In this document: piece by piece, positions 19,745 through 29,307 of the stretch | Layout of the letters: the number at the start of each line of letters is the position of its first letter | Numbering within the stretch: the first letter of the stretch is position 1 | DNA from: Spirochaetia bacterium | Lineage (GTDB): Bacteria; Spirochaetota; Spirochaetia; DSM-2461 | Direction: 5' to 3' | DNA length: 64,000 nucleotides | NCBI GenBank assembly: GCA_963668315.1 | Contig: OY764216.1 | Location: 960,001 to 1,024,000, forward strand | The notes under the pieces: model-generated | Databases searched by the model: none | What the model saw: only the letters and a program-made list of their open reading frames with translations | What the model was told of the DNA's origin: nothing | Program-made: the position numbers and the translations under genes

Positions 19745-21489
19745 CCTTTTCCTCCAAATTTACCGGCGGCGAATTTTTTCGCGAACAGGGAAAGCTCTTC
19801 GTCATTGGAAACATAGTAAATCGTCCATCCCTCTTTTCGCAGAATATCCGCCTCCTTTTTATGATACTCCGGCCGGGAATAGAGGACCAGTGACCCGCCG
19901 CCCCCGCAATTCTCCATAGCCTTTTTGGCTACATCCCAGGTTTTCTCTCCCTCTCCATACCAACCGCCTCCCAGCATGGCGAAAATATCGTCATCGGTAA
20001 GGAGAAGGATATGGGTTTTTCTTTTGCGGGGGCGGGAGAAGTCCCTTCGCAGCCGGGGGATGCCAAAGGCGTATCCGGTCCCGAGATAGGATACAAGGAC
20101 ATCCATGATTTTCCGGGAGTCCCGTACAAAGCTCTCCGTTTCCATGAAAGAGCCCGGTTCCCCCGAAAGGGTTACTTTTACACGGGCTCCCCCGCGCAGG
20201 GCGGATTGGGCGATGATGGTCCCCGCCAATACGGGCCAGCTGAAGTTAATGGCCGGATTGCCCATAGAACCGGAACAGTCGATTCCTATGTAAAGATCCA
20301 AGGGGGTATAGGCCAGGGTATCTCCCTCGTCGGGGGCAAAGACCCGCTTTACCGTGGTCATCCCGGGAATGACCTCGGGGCTTCTTATGAGGGAGCCGAA
20401 CCAGTCTATTTCCCCCGGATTATCCCCCAGGTCCCACGATTCGAGCCCTTCGGGAATGACCCCTTCGGTCTGGGGAACCTTCTCTTTGGGGAAGGGAATG
20501 AGATAGGGGGCGGAAATTTGTTTGTAGTATCGGGCCAGGGCTTTGTGTATATCCAGTCCCGCCGGGTCGAGCTGCCGTAAATAGTCCAGATAGTCCCGGG
20601 GGGATTTGTATCTCTGCCGGGGCCCTTCCCCGGAGGATGACTTCTCCGGTATCCTACCGGCCAGGTCTTCTCCCTCAACAGGTCCAAGGGGCTCATCGTC
20701 AAGGTCTCCCGGGGGGGCTTCCAAGTCCGCCCCGACCCCGGAAGAGCCTTCGGAAGCTTTCAAGGCATCCATTATGAGAGTCCAGGTTTCGGCTTTACCC
20801 TCTTCCTCCCACAGATAGGGGTAGAACAGAATCGCATAGGAGTAGGCCCCTTCCAGCCAATCCCCCGAGTAGGAGCGTATAATATGAGCCCCCATTTCGC
20901 TGTCCCTATCCAGCTGTTCCCCCCTGTCCTCACCGGGGCGGACTCGGGTCAGTTCCCCCGGCTTAAGGGAGTAGAGCTTCTCGTAAATTCCCAGGTAAAG
21001 GTTCCAGACGGGGGAGGGATTCGCTCTTTTCTCCCTTTTCTGGATCTTTTTGTAGATATCGTCCATGCGAAGGCCCCGGCGGCTCTGGAGATGGTAGTTT
21101 ATCAGATGATCGGCAAAGAGATTCATAATTCGGGGGGCATGCTCCTCCTTTTCGGTCAAGGCTTTTCTTACCAGGGTGAGCATGCGCCCGTTATCGGTGA
21201 GATTGGCCGGCACATAAACGTGGTGGCCAATCTCATGGGCCAGAATCTCCAGGGCATAGTCGTCCAGGCCGTACTGCTTTATGAGCGAGCCATCCAGGAC
21301 GATGCGGTGATCCTTGAGCCTGATCATGGCAAAGCTGCCCTCCAGTCCCTGTTCCTTCGCTTCCTCCCGGGAAAAGCACCAGTGGGGAGGGCGCATCATT
21401 ACCAAGTGGCTCCACTGCCGCAGGGCCTCTTCCCATCGGTCGTCCCACATGCTGCGCATTTCATCCATCAGTTTATCACTTCTACCCAC
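19741..21489 (-). CDS. HEXXH metallopeptidase-like domain + C-terminal VWA domain protein
   Basis: ILAHEIGHH...NLFADHLIN, an acidic Pro/Gly linker, then MIDAS IDCSGSM...T...LLTDDD. The start may be ATG 21468. Confidence 0.85.
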   Translation of the reverse strand: MGRSDKLMDEMRSMWDDRWEEALRQWSHLVMMRPPHWCFSREEAKEQGLEGSFAMIRLKDHRIVLDGSLIKQYGLDDYALEILAHEIGHHVYVPANLTDNGRMLTLVRKALTEKEEHAPRIMNLFADHLINYHLQSRRGLRMDDIYKKIQKREKRANPSPVWNLYLGIYEKLYSLKPGELTRVRPGEDRGEQLDRDSEMGAHIIRSYSGDWLEGAYSYAILFYPYLWEEEGKAETWTLIMDALKASEGSSGVGADLEAPPGDLDDEPLGPVEGEDLAGRIPEKSSSGEGPRQRYKSPRDYLDYLRQLDPAGLDIHKALARYYKQISAPYLIPFPKEKVPQTEGVIPEGLESWDLGDNPGEIDWFGSLIRSPEVIPGMTTVKRVFAPDEGDTLAYTPLDLYIGIDCSGSMGNPAINFSWPVLAGTIIAQSALRGGARVKVTLSGEPGSFMETESFVRDSRKIMDVLVSYLGTGYAFGIPRLRRDFSRPRKRKTHILLLTDDDIFAMLGGGWYGEGEKTWDVAKKAMENCGGGGSLVLYSRPEYHKKEADILRKEGWTIYYVSNDEELSLFAKKFAAGKFGGKG

Positions 21490-22373
21490 AGGTAATGGCT
21501 ATCCTCCTTCAAATGGATTTTCAACTTTCCCTTCTCTTTTCCGCCGGGAAGGGTAAAGAGCCTGTCCTCATGGAAGGGAAAGGGAATAAGCCGGCTGCCG
21601 AAGGAGTCGGAAAAGAGCAGAAAAGCCCTCCTTTGATCATGGAGGATGAGTCCGGTGGAGCCCAGGGCGTCCGTCCCTTCCAGGCGGCGGCAGTGGGGAG
21701 GAAGGAGAAAAGGCCCGCCGTATCCGGCAAATCCGCCCAGCCGGCCCCCGGTATAGTCTCCGGGGATAGCCCAGGGATTTTCCCGGGCCGATTCCAATTG
21801 GCTGCGCCCATAGGGAAAAAGGGAGGCCAACTGCCTGTCGGAAAGCAGCTCGCATCCATCCAGAGCTGGAATGCGCCATTCGGCCATTCCCAATGTCCAG
21901 GCGGCCAATCGGCCCAGGGCAAAGGCCTCTTCCTTCCGTTCGCATACCATAAGGGGGGCTGCCATTTGATCGAGCCAGTCCCGCCGGGTCCGGGCATCGG
22001 GGAGAGAACGAATCGCACCGTCCCAGGAAGTAAGAAAGGAGCGTAATTCACCGGAAGGGAGGGCCTCTTTCCGGTTGAGAAAAGGGGCCAGGAGCAGCCA
22101 ACCCTTAAGAAAATCCCCATTAAGCATCATCTCTCCGCCCCGAACCAGAGGGGGGAGGGTCGTTTCAATACCGTGGATCATCAGGTTGAGCAGATGGTCC
22201 GATTCTCCGTAAGCTTCATAGAGAGCGGTGAGCAGAGGTGTCAGGTGCTTACCCAAATCGGCATCGGCCAAACGGGGATGGGAGAAAAGCAGCCCGTCCA
22301 GAACCGGCTGGATGTTCTCCTCTTCCCGGGCGAGAAAAGAGGCGAGGCCCCCCTCTATTTCCACTGGAGCCAC
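21468..22373 (-). CDS. Hypothetical protein of the MoxR operon
   Basis: Overlaps both neighbours; Gly-rich motif GGFAGYGGPFLLPP. Confidence 0.72.
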   Translation of the reverse strand: MAPVEIEGGLASFLAREEENIQPVLDGLLFSHPRLADADLGKHLTPLLTALYEAYGESDHLLNLMIHGIETTLPPLVRGGEMMLNGDFLKGWLLLAPFLNRKEALPSGELRSFLTSWDGAIRSLPDARTRRDWLDQMAAPLMVCERKEEAFALGRLAAWTLGMAEWRIPALDGCELLSDRQLASLFPYGRSQLESARENPWAIPGDYTGGRLGGFAGYGGPFLLPPHCRRLEGTDALGSTGLILHDQRRAFLLFSDSFGSRLIPFPFHEDRLFTLPGGKEKGKLKIHLKEDSHYLWVEVIN

Positions 22374-23932
22374 CTCTTGTAGTTCGTATAGCGCTGGTGG
22401 AAGTACTTCAATTTGAGAATATCGTCGGCCATATGGCCGTACAGTTTTCCGCTTCGGCTCATTTCGCTGAGGATCTGCTCAATCTGGAACATTCTCTTCT
22501 CCACTTCCGAGATGGAGAGACCCTCCATCCCTTTCTCAAAAAGTTCCTCCATCTTGGCCACCGGGTCGTATTCGTCCAGTTTCAACCGGGCGTACTCCTG
22601 GCAGGAGAGGTCGAAGCATTTTCGTATCCAGGTTATCCGGTCAACCCGGTAAGGGGCGTTCTCCTCCTTCTCGAAGAAGGGCGATTCAAGATGGGGAGAG
22701 AGGGCGTCGTGCAGGACGAAGGGCAGAATCTGCCGGATATCTTCCAATTCCACCTCATCCAGCCCTCTGAAGTAGGCCATGGCCTTGGCGTAGAGCAGCA
22801 GGGTCATGAGCTTTCTTACGGAAAGGCCGTTTTTGGCCTGGCTTCCCAGATCGCGGTTCATATCCTTGCCGCTTTCAAGTTCCATCAGTGATTGAAAGTC
22901 CAGGCCGGAAAGCTTGGCCGTGTCCTTTGTCATATAGTCCAGCTTCGTCGATGCCGGTTCGAAAAACTCAAACTGCCGGGCGAAAAATTCGATTTTGCGG
23001 CGGAGCGGGGCGGGAATGGCCACGGCCAGGATCTCCTTATAGAGGGTGTCCAGCTCCTCATCGGTAAAGATGATCTCCCGGGGAATGTTCTTTTCCGGCT
23101 TGTACCCCGTTTCTATTCTCCTTTGGAGATCCTCTACGAAGCGGGTGTTAAAGTGGAGAGCCCGGATAACCACATCGATTCTGTCTTTGAGCGCCTCAAT
23201 GACCTGATAGGTCCCGCCCCCGGCGTCATCGTTGGCCGTCAAATACCAGGCCGCTTCGGGGCACTCGTAGATCTGATCCATAATTTCCGCGTAGTTGTCC
23301 GCCAGAACGGTGAGCAGGGCCGATTGGGTCCTGGTGGGAATCCGGTTGTATTCGTCTATGATCTTCACTTTCATCTCCAGCCACTTTCTCCAGGAGATGC
23401 GTATCTGCGAAGGATCCTCCGATTTCATAAGATCCCCCGGGAAGGGATGGCCGAGCAGGTCGGCCACGGTCATCTGGGGCTGGCCGTGCTGAATGGCCCG
23501 CTTCATATCCTTGAGGTCGTATCCCGCCAGGAGCCCCATGAGAATGGAGGTGGCCGTTTTTCCCCTTCCCGGGCCTCCCACGATCAGGCAGCGCTTGCGC
23601 ACCGCCAGGGTCAGCAGGGGAATCAGGACAAAGCTGGAGTAGCACTGGCCGGTGGGAAGATCGACCTGAACCTTGGAGTCCCCGAAAAAGTAGGACTGGG
23701 GAGCCTTTTCGTTATACTCTATATCGTAGAAAGGGCTGATAATGGCCGTATTGGTAATCCAGAAGTAGGCCTGGCGGAGTTTTTCATCCAGGCCGGTTCT
23801 CTCCTCGCCTTTTTCGCTTTCCGAAGGATTTTCAAAAAGATCCTTTATTCGGAATGGGGTCCTCTTGGCGCCCCGGTCCACCGGGTTGGTGGGGGCTGCC
23901 GGAATATGGTGGGATTGGTCTGACCGCTGCAT
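22355..23932 (-). CDS. MoxR-like AAA+ ATPase
   Basis: Walker A GGPGRGKT, Walker B IIDEYNR, TQSALL, TAN and EALKDR; AAGGAG SD. Confidence 0.9.
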   Translation of the reverse strand: MQRSDQSHHIPAAPTNPVDRGAKRTPFRIKDLFENPSESEKGEERTGLDEKLRQAYFWITNTAIISPFYDIEYNEKAPQSYFFGDSKVQVDLPTGQCYSSFVLIPLLTLAVRKRCLIVGGPGRGKTATSILMGLLAGYDLKDMKRAIQHGQPQMTVADLLGHPFPGDLMKSEDPSQIRISWRKWLEMKVKIIDEYNRIPTRTQSALLTVLADNYAEIMDQIYECPEAAWYLTANDDAGGGTYQVIEALKDRIDVVIRALHFNTRFVEDLQRRIETGYKPEKNIPREIIFTDEELDTLYKEILAVAIPAPLRRKIEFFARQFEFFEPASTKLDYMTKDTAKLSGLDFQSLMELESGKDMNRDLGSQAKNGLSVRKLMTLLLYAKAMAYFRGLDEVELEDIRQILPFVLHDALSPHLESPFFEKEENAPYRVDRITWIRKCFDLSCQEYARLKLDEYDPVAKMEELFEKGMEGLSISEVEKRMFQIEQILSEMSRSGKLYGHMADDILKLKYFHQRYTNYKRWLQWK

Positions 23933-24104
23933 GGTAATCGCTCCTTAGGATGATGGCATAATATAGGACATTTGCCTTATTAATCAAACTTAAATACCGG
24001 TGATTCCTAAGGGGCAGGCAAGAATTTACTCTGATAGAAGAATTGAAAGGGTACGCTAAATAAGTTTTTCTTGACTATTATCAGGTATATTGTATCTTCA
24101 ATTG

Positions 24105-25049
24105 ATGAACGAATTTAATGACAGTAATTCTCAGGCACAGGGAATGACCTGTGATCTGGAAACAGGTAGCTGCGGCCACACAGATACCGCCGATACAATA
24201 GAAATTATCACCCCCCAAACTACCCGCACAAAAGTTCAGATCATGTATTTTACAGATCCCATCTGTTCTGCCTGCTGGGCCATTGAGCCGGAAATCAAAC
24301 GGTTTAAACGGGACTTCGGAAGCTATGTCGATGTTAACGTACGGATGGGGGGACTGCTCCCGGGGTGGAAGGGCTTCAGCGACGGGGGAAACGGAATAAA
24401 CAAGCCCTCCGATGTGGCAGGCCATTGGGATGAGGTGGGAAGGGCCAGCGGAATGAGCATTGACGGTGATATATGGCTGGAAGATCCTCTGGAATCCTCC
24501 TATCCGGCGTCGATAGCCTTTAAGGCGGTGGAAATAGCGGAACCCCGGGCTTCGGGGAGATTTTTACGTATATTGCGGGAGATGGTCTTTCTGGAAAAGA
24601 AAAATATTGCCCGAAAGGAGAATCTCGAGTTGGCCATGGGACGCGCCGGGGCAGACGTGGGGGAGGTGAACCTCCTTATTGAAAACGGAACGGCGGAGAA
24701 AGCCTTCGAAGCGGACCTGGAAGAGGGCCGCCGTCTGGGAGTGAGGGGATTTCCCGCTTTTATTGCTTTCGGAGCGGACGGAACCGGATACAGGGCTTCC
24801 GGAATTTACTCCAGCGATCAATTACGGGACTTGTTTTATAAGGCCCTTGGCAAGGCTGTGGAGCCGGAAGGGAAAGCGGTTGACATCAAAGAGCTTCTTT
24901 CCCGTCAGGAGCTGACGGCGACCAGAGAGATATCCCGATTGAGCGATCTGAGCGAGGAAGAGACCCGTTCGCAGCTGATGGGTTTGACCTCGGCCGGTTT
25001 TGCAGAACATGTGTCCCATAAATATGGAGATTTCTGGCGGCTGAAGTAG
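24105..25049 (+). CDS. DsbA-family thioredoxin-fold protein (SpxH/YjbH-like)
   Basis: YFTDPICSACWAIEP (CxxC) and GVRGFP (cis-Pro). The start codon is uncertain. Confidence 0.82.
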   Translation: MNEFNDSNSQAQGMTCDLETGSCGHTDTADTIEIITPQTTRTKVQIMYFTDPICSACWAIEPEIKRFKRDFGSYVDVNVRMGGLLPGWKGFSDGGNGINKPSDVAGHWDEVGRASGMSIDGDIWLEDPLESSYPASIAFKAVEIAEPRASGRFLRILREMVFLEKKNIARKENLELAMGRAGADVGEVNLLIENGTAEKAFEADLEEGRRLGVRGFPAFIAFGADGTGYRASGIYSSDQLRDLFYKALGKAVEPEGKAVDIKELLSRQELTATREISRLSDLSEEETRSQLMGLTSAGFAEHVSHKYGDFWRLK

Positions 25050-25167
25050 ATCGGGGAAATATCCCGGGGCCCCAAGGTGTGGACGTCAAGGAGCCTCCCC
25101 GGAAGCCCGTTGACAAAGGGGGGGAATTAGTCGAGTATGCTCAAAAAAATATAAAGGTACTCGATTA

Positions 25168-26010
25168 ATGCCCCCCTTCCTGAACGTCAAAGCATCCAAA
25201 CCCCTTTCCCCCATGGAGGAGCGCTACCTTAGGCGTATCGTTCGGGGGAATATTCTGGCAAAGGCTCTGACTTTGACAGTTATAGCGGGGGGAATGTCTT
25301 TGGTGGTTTTCCTTATTAAGAACTGGATTATTCCGGGTCTTACGGAGAGGTCCCCCTTTGCTCAGGTGAATTACATGGCAGTGATCCTCAATATTGCCAC
25401 TTTGATTATTTATTTCGTAACCCTTTTGACTGTGGGAGCGTTAATGCTGGCCTGGCATCCCTTGAAAGCGGGTTATCAGATAGATCAGGTGAGCGGTTCT
25501 GCCGAAAAGAAGGGCCGATCCCTGGGATATGCCCCCCTGATCGCTCCGCCGCCCTGGCGGCGGAAACTGCCCCTAAGAACGCCGGTACCCATGAGAGTGG
25601 CCTCCTTTAGGGGGCATATCAATATGGGGCGCCGGGGGGAAATCCTTCTAGGGGTTCCCCAGCTTGGACTGGATATGGAGGAGCATGCCCGCCTGGGATT
25701 GCTGAAATACCGCAATCCTTTGGTTTCGGCCATAGTATGCGCCGTCAGCCTTATGGGGGTATTGCTGCTATCCGTCTTTGCCGAAACGACCGTGGACCCC
25801 ACAAGCCTCCTGCCCTTTCTCCCCCGTGGCAATAGGCTGAAGGAGCTGTGCCTTTCGCCTGCTTCCACGGGCATCCTTCTACTCTATGTTCTGAGCTTTT
25901 CATCTGTACTGAGGTGTCTTTTTGTTCTGGTTCGAAACCCCGTTATAGGATTTCGGATCTCCAGGGCTCTGAAGAATCGACCAAAGAAGAAGATGACCTG
26001 GTATAAATAA
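25168..26010 (+). CDS. Hypothetical membrane protein
   Basis: About four hydrophobic segments; upstream TTGACA-N17-TATGCT. Confidence 0.6.
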   Translation: MPPFLNVKASKPLSPMEERYLRRIVRGNILAKALTLTVIAGGMSLVVFLIKNWIIPGLTERSPFAQVNYMAVILNIATLIIYFVTLLTVGALMLAWHPLKAGYQIDQVSGSAEKKGRSLGYAPLIAPPPWRRKLPLRTPVPMRVASFRGHINMGRRGEILLGVPQLGLDMEEHARLGLLKYRNPLVSAIVCAVSLMGVLLLSVFAETTVDPTSLLPFLPRGNRLKELCLSPASTGILLLYVLSFSSVLRCLFVLVRNPVIGFRISRALKNRPKKKMTWYK

Positions 26011-26013
26011 ACC

Positions 26014-26041
26014 CGGGAGGGGGAAGTGATTCCCCCTCCCG
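26014..26041. terminator. Hairpin between convergent genes
   Basis: CGGGAGGGGGAA-gtga-TTCCCCCTCCCG. Confidence 0.7.
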
Positions 26042-26081
26042 AATGGCATACTGACGGCATCTCCCGGGGATGGAATAGGTT

Positions 26082-27776
26082 TTACTTCTCCCGGGGGAAG
26101 GGCCAGGCGATGATGCCCCCTTCCATGACTTTCACGTTGGTGTAGCCCAGACCTTTGAGGATGAGCGCCCCTTCGTAGCCGCGCAGGGAGATCTTGCAGT
26201 AAGTGATGATCTCGGCGGATTTGTCGGCGGGGAGTTCGGCGGCTCGGGAGCGGAGGGCCCCCAGGGGGATGAGTGTTTCGCCGATGCCCAGGCGCATGGC
26301 TTCGAACTCGTCCGGTCCGCGTACGTCCAGGATGAAGGGATTCTCGCCGGCATCCACTTTGGCTTTCACCTCTACCGATGAGATGCCGGTCATGTTGCGG
26401 CGCCATTTGTTTTCGATGACGTGGACCGCCGTGATCAGGTTGTCGATGGCCGGGGAGAAGGGAGGGGCGTAGGGCAGGTCCAGGTTCACCATGTCGGAGA
26501 TGCACATTCTTCCGTGGAGGGCCATGGCACCCATGGCCAGCCGCTTGGAGACGTCACCCATGCCCACAGCCTGCATTCCCAGGAATTTGCCGGTAGTTTT
26601 GGCGGCTACCATTTTTATGATGACGGGAGCGGCGCCCATGAATCCGGGCTTGTCCGGAGCCGCGTGGATGGCGGTGATGATGTTCTGGAAGCCTTCCCGC
26701 TGGGCCATCTTTTCGGAGAGGCCCGTGCTGCCGGCGGTGAAGTCGAAGACTTTGCAGATGCCCGTGCCGATGACGCCGTCGTACTCTTCCACATTGCCGA
26801 GCACGGCGTTCTGGGCGACGACCCGTCCCTGGAGGTTGGCCGCGTCGCCCATGGGGAAGTGCTGTTTATTGCGGGTGATCAGGTTGGTCACTTCCACGCA
26901 GTCACCGGCGGCGTAGATATCCGGGTCATTGGTCTGCATAAAGCGGTTGACCGTGATGCCCCTGGATTTGCCCGTTTCCAGGCCGGCGTCGATGGCCAGC
27001 TGCGTGTTGGGACGTACGCCGATGGAGAAGACCACATGGTCGCAGGGGAGGATTTCTCCGCCGGATATCTCCACGCCGGTGACCCTGCCGTTCTCGCCGT
27101 GAAATTTCGTGACGCCCTGGCCGGTGATCACTTTCACCCCTTTGGTTTTCATGTGGTTTTCCACCAGTTTGGCCATCTCCCAGTCCAGGAAGGGGAGGAT
27201 CTGGTCCTGCATCTCCACCACGGTAATGTCGATGCCCGCCAGCTGGAAGGCTTCGCAGGTCTCAATGCCGATAAGTCCGCCGCCCACGACGACGGCTTTT
27301 TTCGCTTTTCTGTTTTTCGCCACATCCTTGAGGGTCATGGCGTCTTCCATGCTCTGGAGGGTATCGATGTTGTCCAGATCGATGCCGGGAATGGGCGGTC
27401 TGACGGGCGAGGCTCCCGTTGTCAGGATGAGTTTGTCATAGGGAAGGGCGGTCTCCTTTCCCGAGGGGAGGTCTTTTACCAGAACGGTTTTGGCTTCCCG
27501 GTCGATGGAGAGGGCTTCCGTTTCGATGATGGCCTTGATATCTTTGACTTTGGCGAAAAATCCCGGGTCCCGGGGAACGCCGGTGGGGGTGGAAATAAGG
27601 GAGTTGGGGTTGTCGAAAACGCCTCCCACGAAATAGGGGTAGCCGCAGGACGCCATACTCAGGTATTTTCCCTTCTGGATAATCGTCACTTCCGCTTCCT
27701 GGTCCAGTCTTCTGATTTTTGCGGCCACCTTGGGCCCTGCGGCAGAACCGCCGATGATCAAGTATTTCGCTCCCAT
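26082..27776 (-). CDS. CoA-disulfide/persulfide reductase with C-terminal rhodanese domain (Cdr-RHD/Npsr-like)
   Basis: GGSAAG FAD motif, redox Cys SMASCGYPY, GGGLIG and YAPPFS; rhodanese motifs LDVR and YCKISLRG. Confidence 0.9.
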   Translation of the reverse strand: MGAKYLIIGGSAAGPKVAAKIRRLDQEAEVTIIQKGKYLSMASCGYPYFVGGVFDNPNSLISTPTGVPRDPGFFAKVKDIKAIIETEALSIDREAKTVLVKDLPSGKETALPYDKLILTTGASPVRPPIPGIDLDNIDTLQSMEDAMTLKDVAKNRKAKKAVVVGGGLIGIETCEAFQLAGIDITVVEMQDQILPFLDWEMAKLVENHMKTKGVKVITGQGVTKFHGENGRVTGVEISGGEILPCDHVVFSIGVRPNTQLAIDAGLETGKSRGITVNRFMQTNDPDIYAAGDCVEVTNLITRNKQHFPMGDAANLQGRVVAQNAVLGNVEEYDGVIGTGICKVFDFTAGSTGLSEKMAQREGFQNIITAIHAAPDKPGFMGAAPVIIKMVAAKTTGKFLGMQAVGMGDVSKRLAMGAMALHGRMCISDMVNLDLPYAPPFSPAIDNLITAVHVIENKWRRNMTGISSVEVKAKVDAGENPFILDVRGPDEFEAMRLGIGETLIPLGALRSRAAELPADKSAEIITYCKISLRGYEGALILKGLGYTNVKVMEGGIIAWPFPREK

Positions 27777-27802
27777 CTATATCCTCCTTGTGGGGTTCAA
27801 AC

Positions 27803-27814
27803 GAACATATGTTC
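27803..27814. promoter_or_regulatory. Perfect 12-bp palindrome upstream of the reductase, candidate operator
   Basis: GAACATATGTTC, just upstream of the minus-strand SD. Confidence 0.5.
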
Positions 27815-27930
27815 ATAATAATTCAAGTAAGTTCCTTTGTAAAGGATGAAATAAATAAAAAGTTATCAATATAGAGAATCACCAATATAAACGTCTAGCA
27901 TTCCTGTGCCTTTGATGTTAGGTTAGCCCT

Positions 27931-29307
27931 ATGAAACCCTTTTCCCATGTGAATATTTCCCCGCCCATGCTGGCGAATCTCAAAAAGATCGGTTACGACA
28001 CCATGACTCCCATTCAGGAAGGGGCGATTCCCCCCATTCTCAAGGGAAAGGACGTTTTGGCCCAGGCGAAGACGGGAAGCGGCAAGACGGCGGCTTTCGG
28101 AATAGGACTCCTTGAGCGGATGGATACGGAGCGGTACAGGGTCCAGGCCCTCGTGCTCTGTCCCACCCGGGAACTGTCGGAGCAGGTTGCTTCGGAGATA
28201 CGCCGGCTGGCCGGGTTTCGCCACAACATCAAGGTTTTGAATATTACCGGGGGGCTCCCTCTGCGGAAGCAGGAGCACTCCCTTTCCCATCAGGCCCATA
28301 TCGTGGTGGGGACGCCCGGACGGATTAATAAGCTTTTGAAGCGCGGTTCCCTGGTACCCGACGAGATCAGAACCCTGGTGCTGGACGAGGCGGACCGGAT
28401 GCTGGATATGGGGTTCATAGATACTATTCGGGAGATCATCGCCCATGTCCCCGAAAATCGGCAGACCCTCTGTTTTTCCGCAACCTTCCCCGAGGATATC
28501 CGGGCGCTCACCCGGGACATCATGAAGGATCCCCGGGAGATTACGGTGGATGCCATTCATGCCGAGGGAGTGATTGAGCAGTCGTTCTTCCGGGTGAATG
28601 CCGAGGAGAGAGGCCGGGCGGTGGTAAATCTGATACGGGAGCACCGGCCGGAATCGACGGTCGTGTTCTGCAACACCAAAGATGCCTGCCGCCGGATTCA
28701 GGAGGAGCTGGAACGTTACGGGATGCACTCCCTGGCCCTTCACGGTGATCTGGAGCAGAAGGAGCGGAACGAAGTGCTGATCCGCTTTTCCAACGGGAGC
28801 AGCCCCGTGCTGGTGGCTACCGACGTGGCGGCCCGGGGGCTGGATATCGGGGACCTGGCCTGCGTTATCAACTACAATCTGCCCTTTGAGACGGAAACCT
28901 ACATCCACCGCATAGGCCGGACGGGAAGGGCGGGGAAGACGGGGCTGGCTTTTTCCCTTATGAAGCCGGATGAGCAGTTCCGCCTGGACCGTATCAATGA
29001 ACTGACCGGCGAAAACTATGCCGCCCTGCCCATGGACTGCACCGTCCCGGAGGATTTTCCCGGACTCAAGCCTGCCATGGTGACCCTGTCTATCAACGGG
29101 GGACGGAAGAATAAGATCAGCGCCGGGGATATTCTGGGAGCCCTGACCGCGGAGGGCGGTCTGAAAGGGAGCGACGTGGGGAAGATTGACCGGCTGGATT
29201 ACATTAGCTTTGTGGCGGTGAAGAGGGAGTTTTCCGATAGGGCCCTGAAGATGCTCTCAAAGGGAGCGGTCAAAGGGAAGACTTTCAGGGCGAGGACTCA
29301 CCGGTAG
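27931..29307 (+). CDS. dbpA: ATP-dependent RNA helicase DbpA
   Basis: AKTGSGKT, PTREL, DEAD, SAT and HRIGRTGR; C-terminal DbpA RNA-binding domain (GGRKNKISAGDILGAL). Confidence 0.93.
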   Translation: MKPFSHVNISPPMLANLKKIGYDTMTPIQEGAIPPILKGKDVLAQAKTGSGKTAAFGIGLLERMDTERYRVQALVLCPTRELSEQVASEIRRLAGFRHNIKVLNITGGLPLRKQEHSLSHQAHIVVGTPGRINKLLKRGSLVPDEIRTLVLDEADRMLDMGFIDTIREIIAHVPENRQTLCFSATFPEDIRALTRDIMKDPREITVDAIHAEGVIEQSFFRVNAEERGRAVVNLIREHRPESTVVFCNTKDACRRIQEELERYGMHSLALHGDLEQKERNEVLIRFSNGSSPVLVATDVAARGLDIGDLACVINYNLPFETETYIHRIGRTGRAGKTGLAFSLMKPDEQFRLDRINELTGENYAALPMDCTVPEDFPGLKPAMVTLSINGGRKNKISAGDILGALTAEGGLKGSDVGKIDRLDYISFVAVKREFSDRALKMLSKGAVKGKTFRARTHR

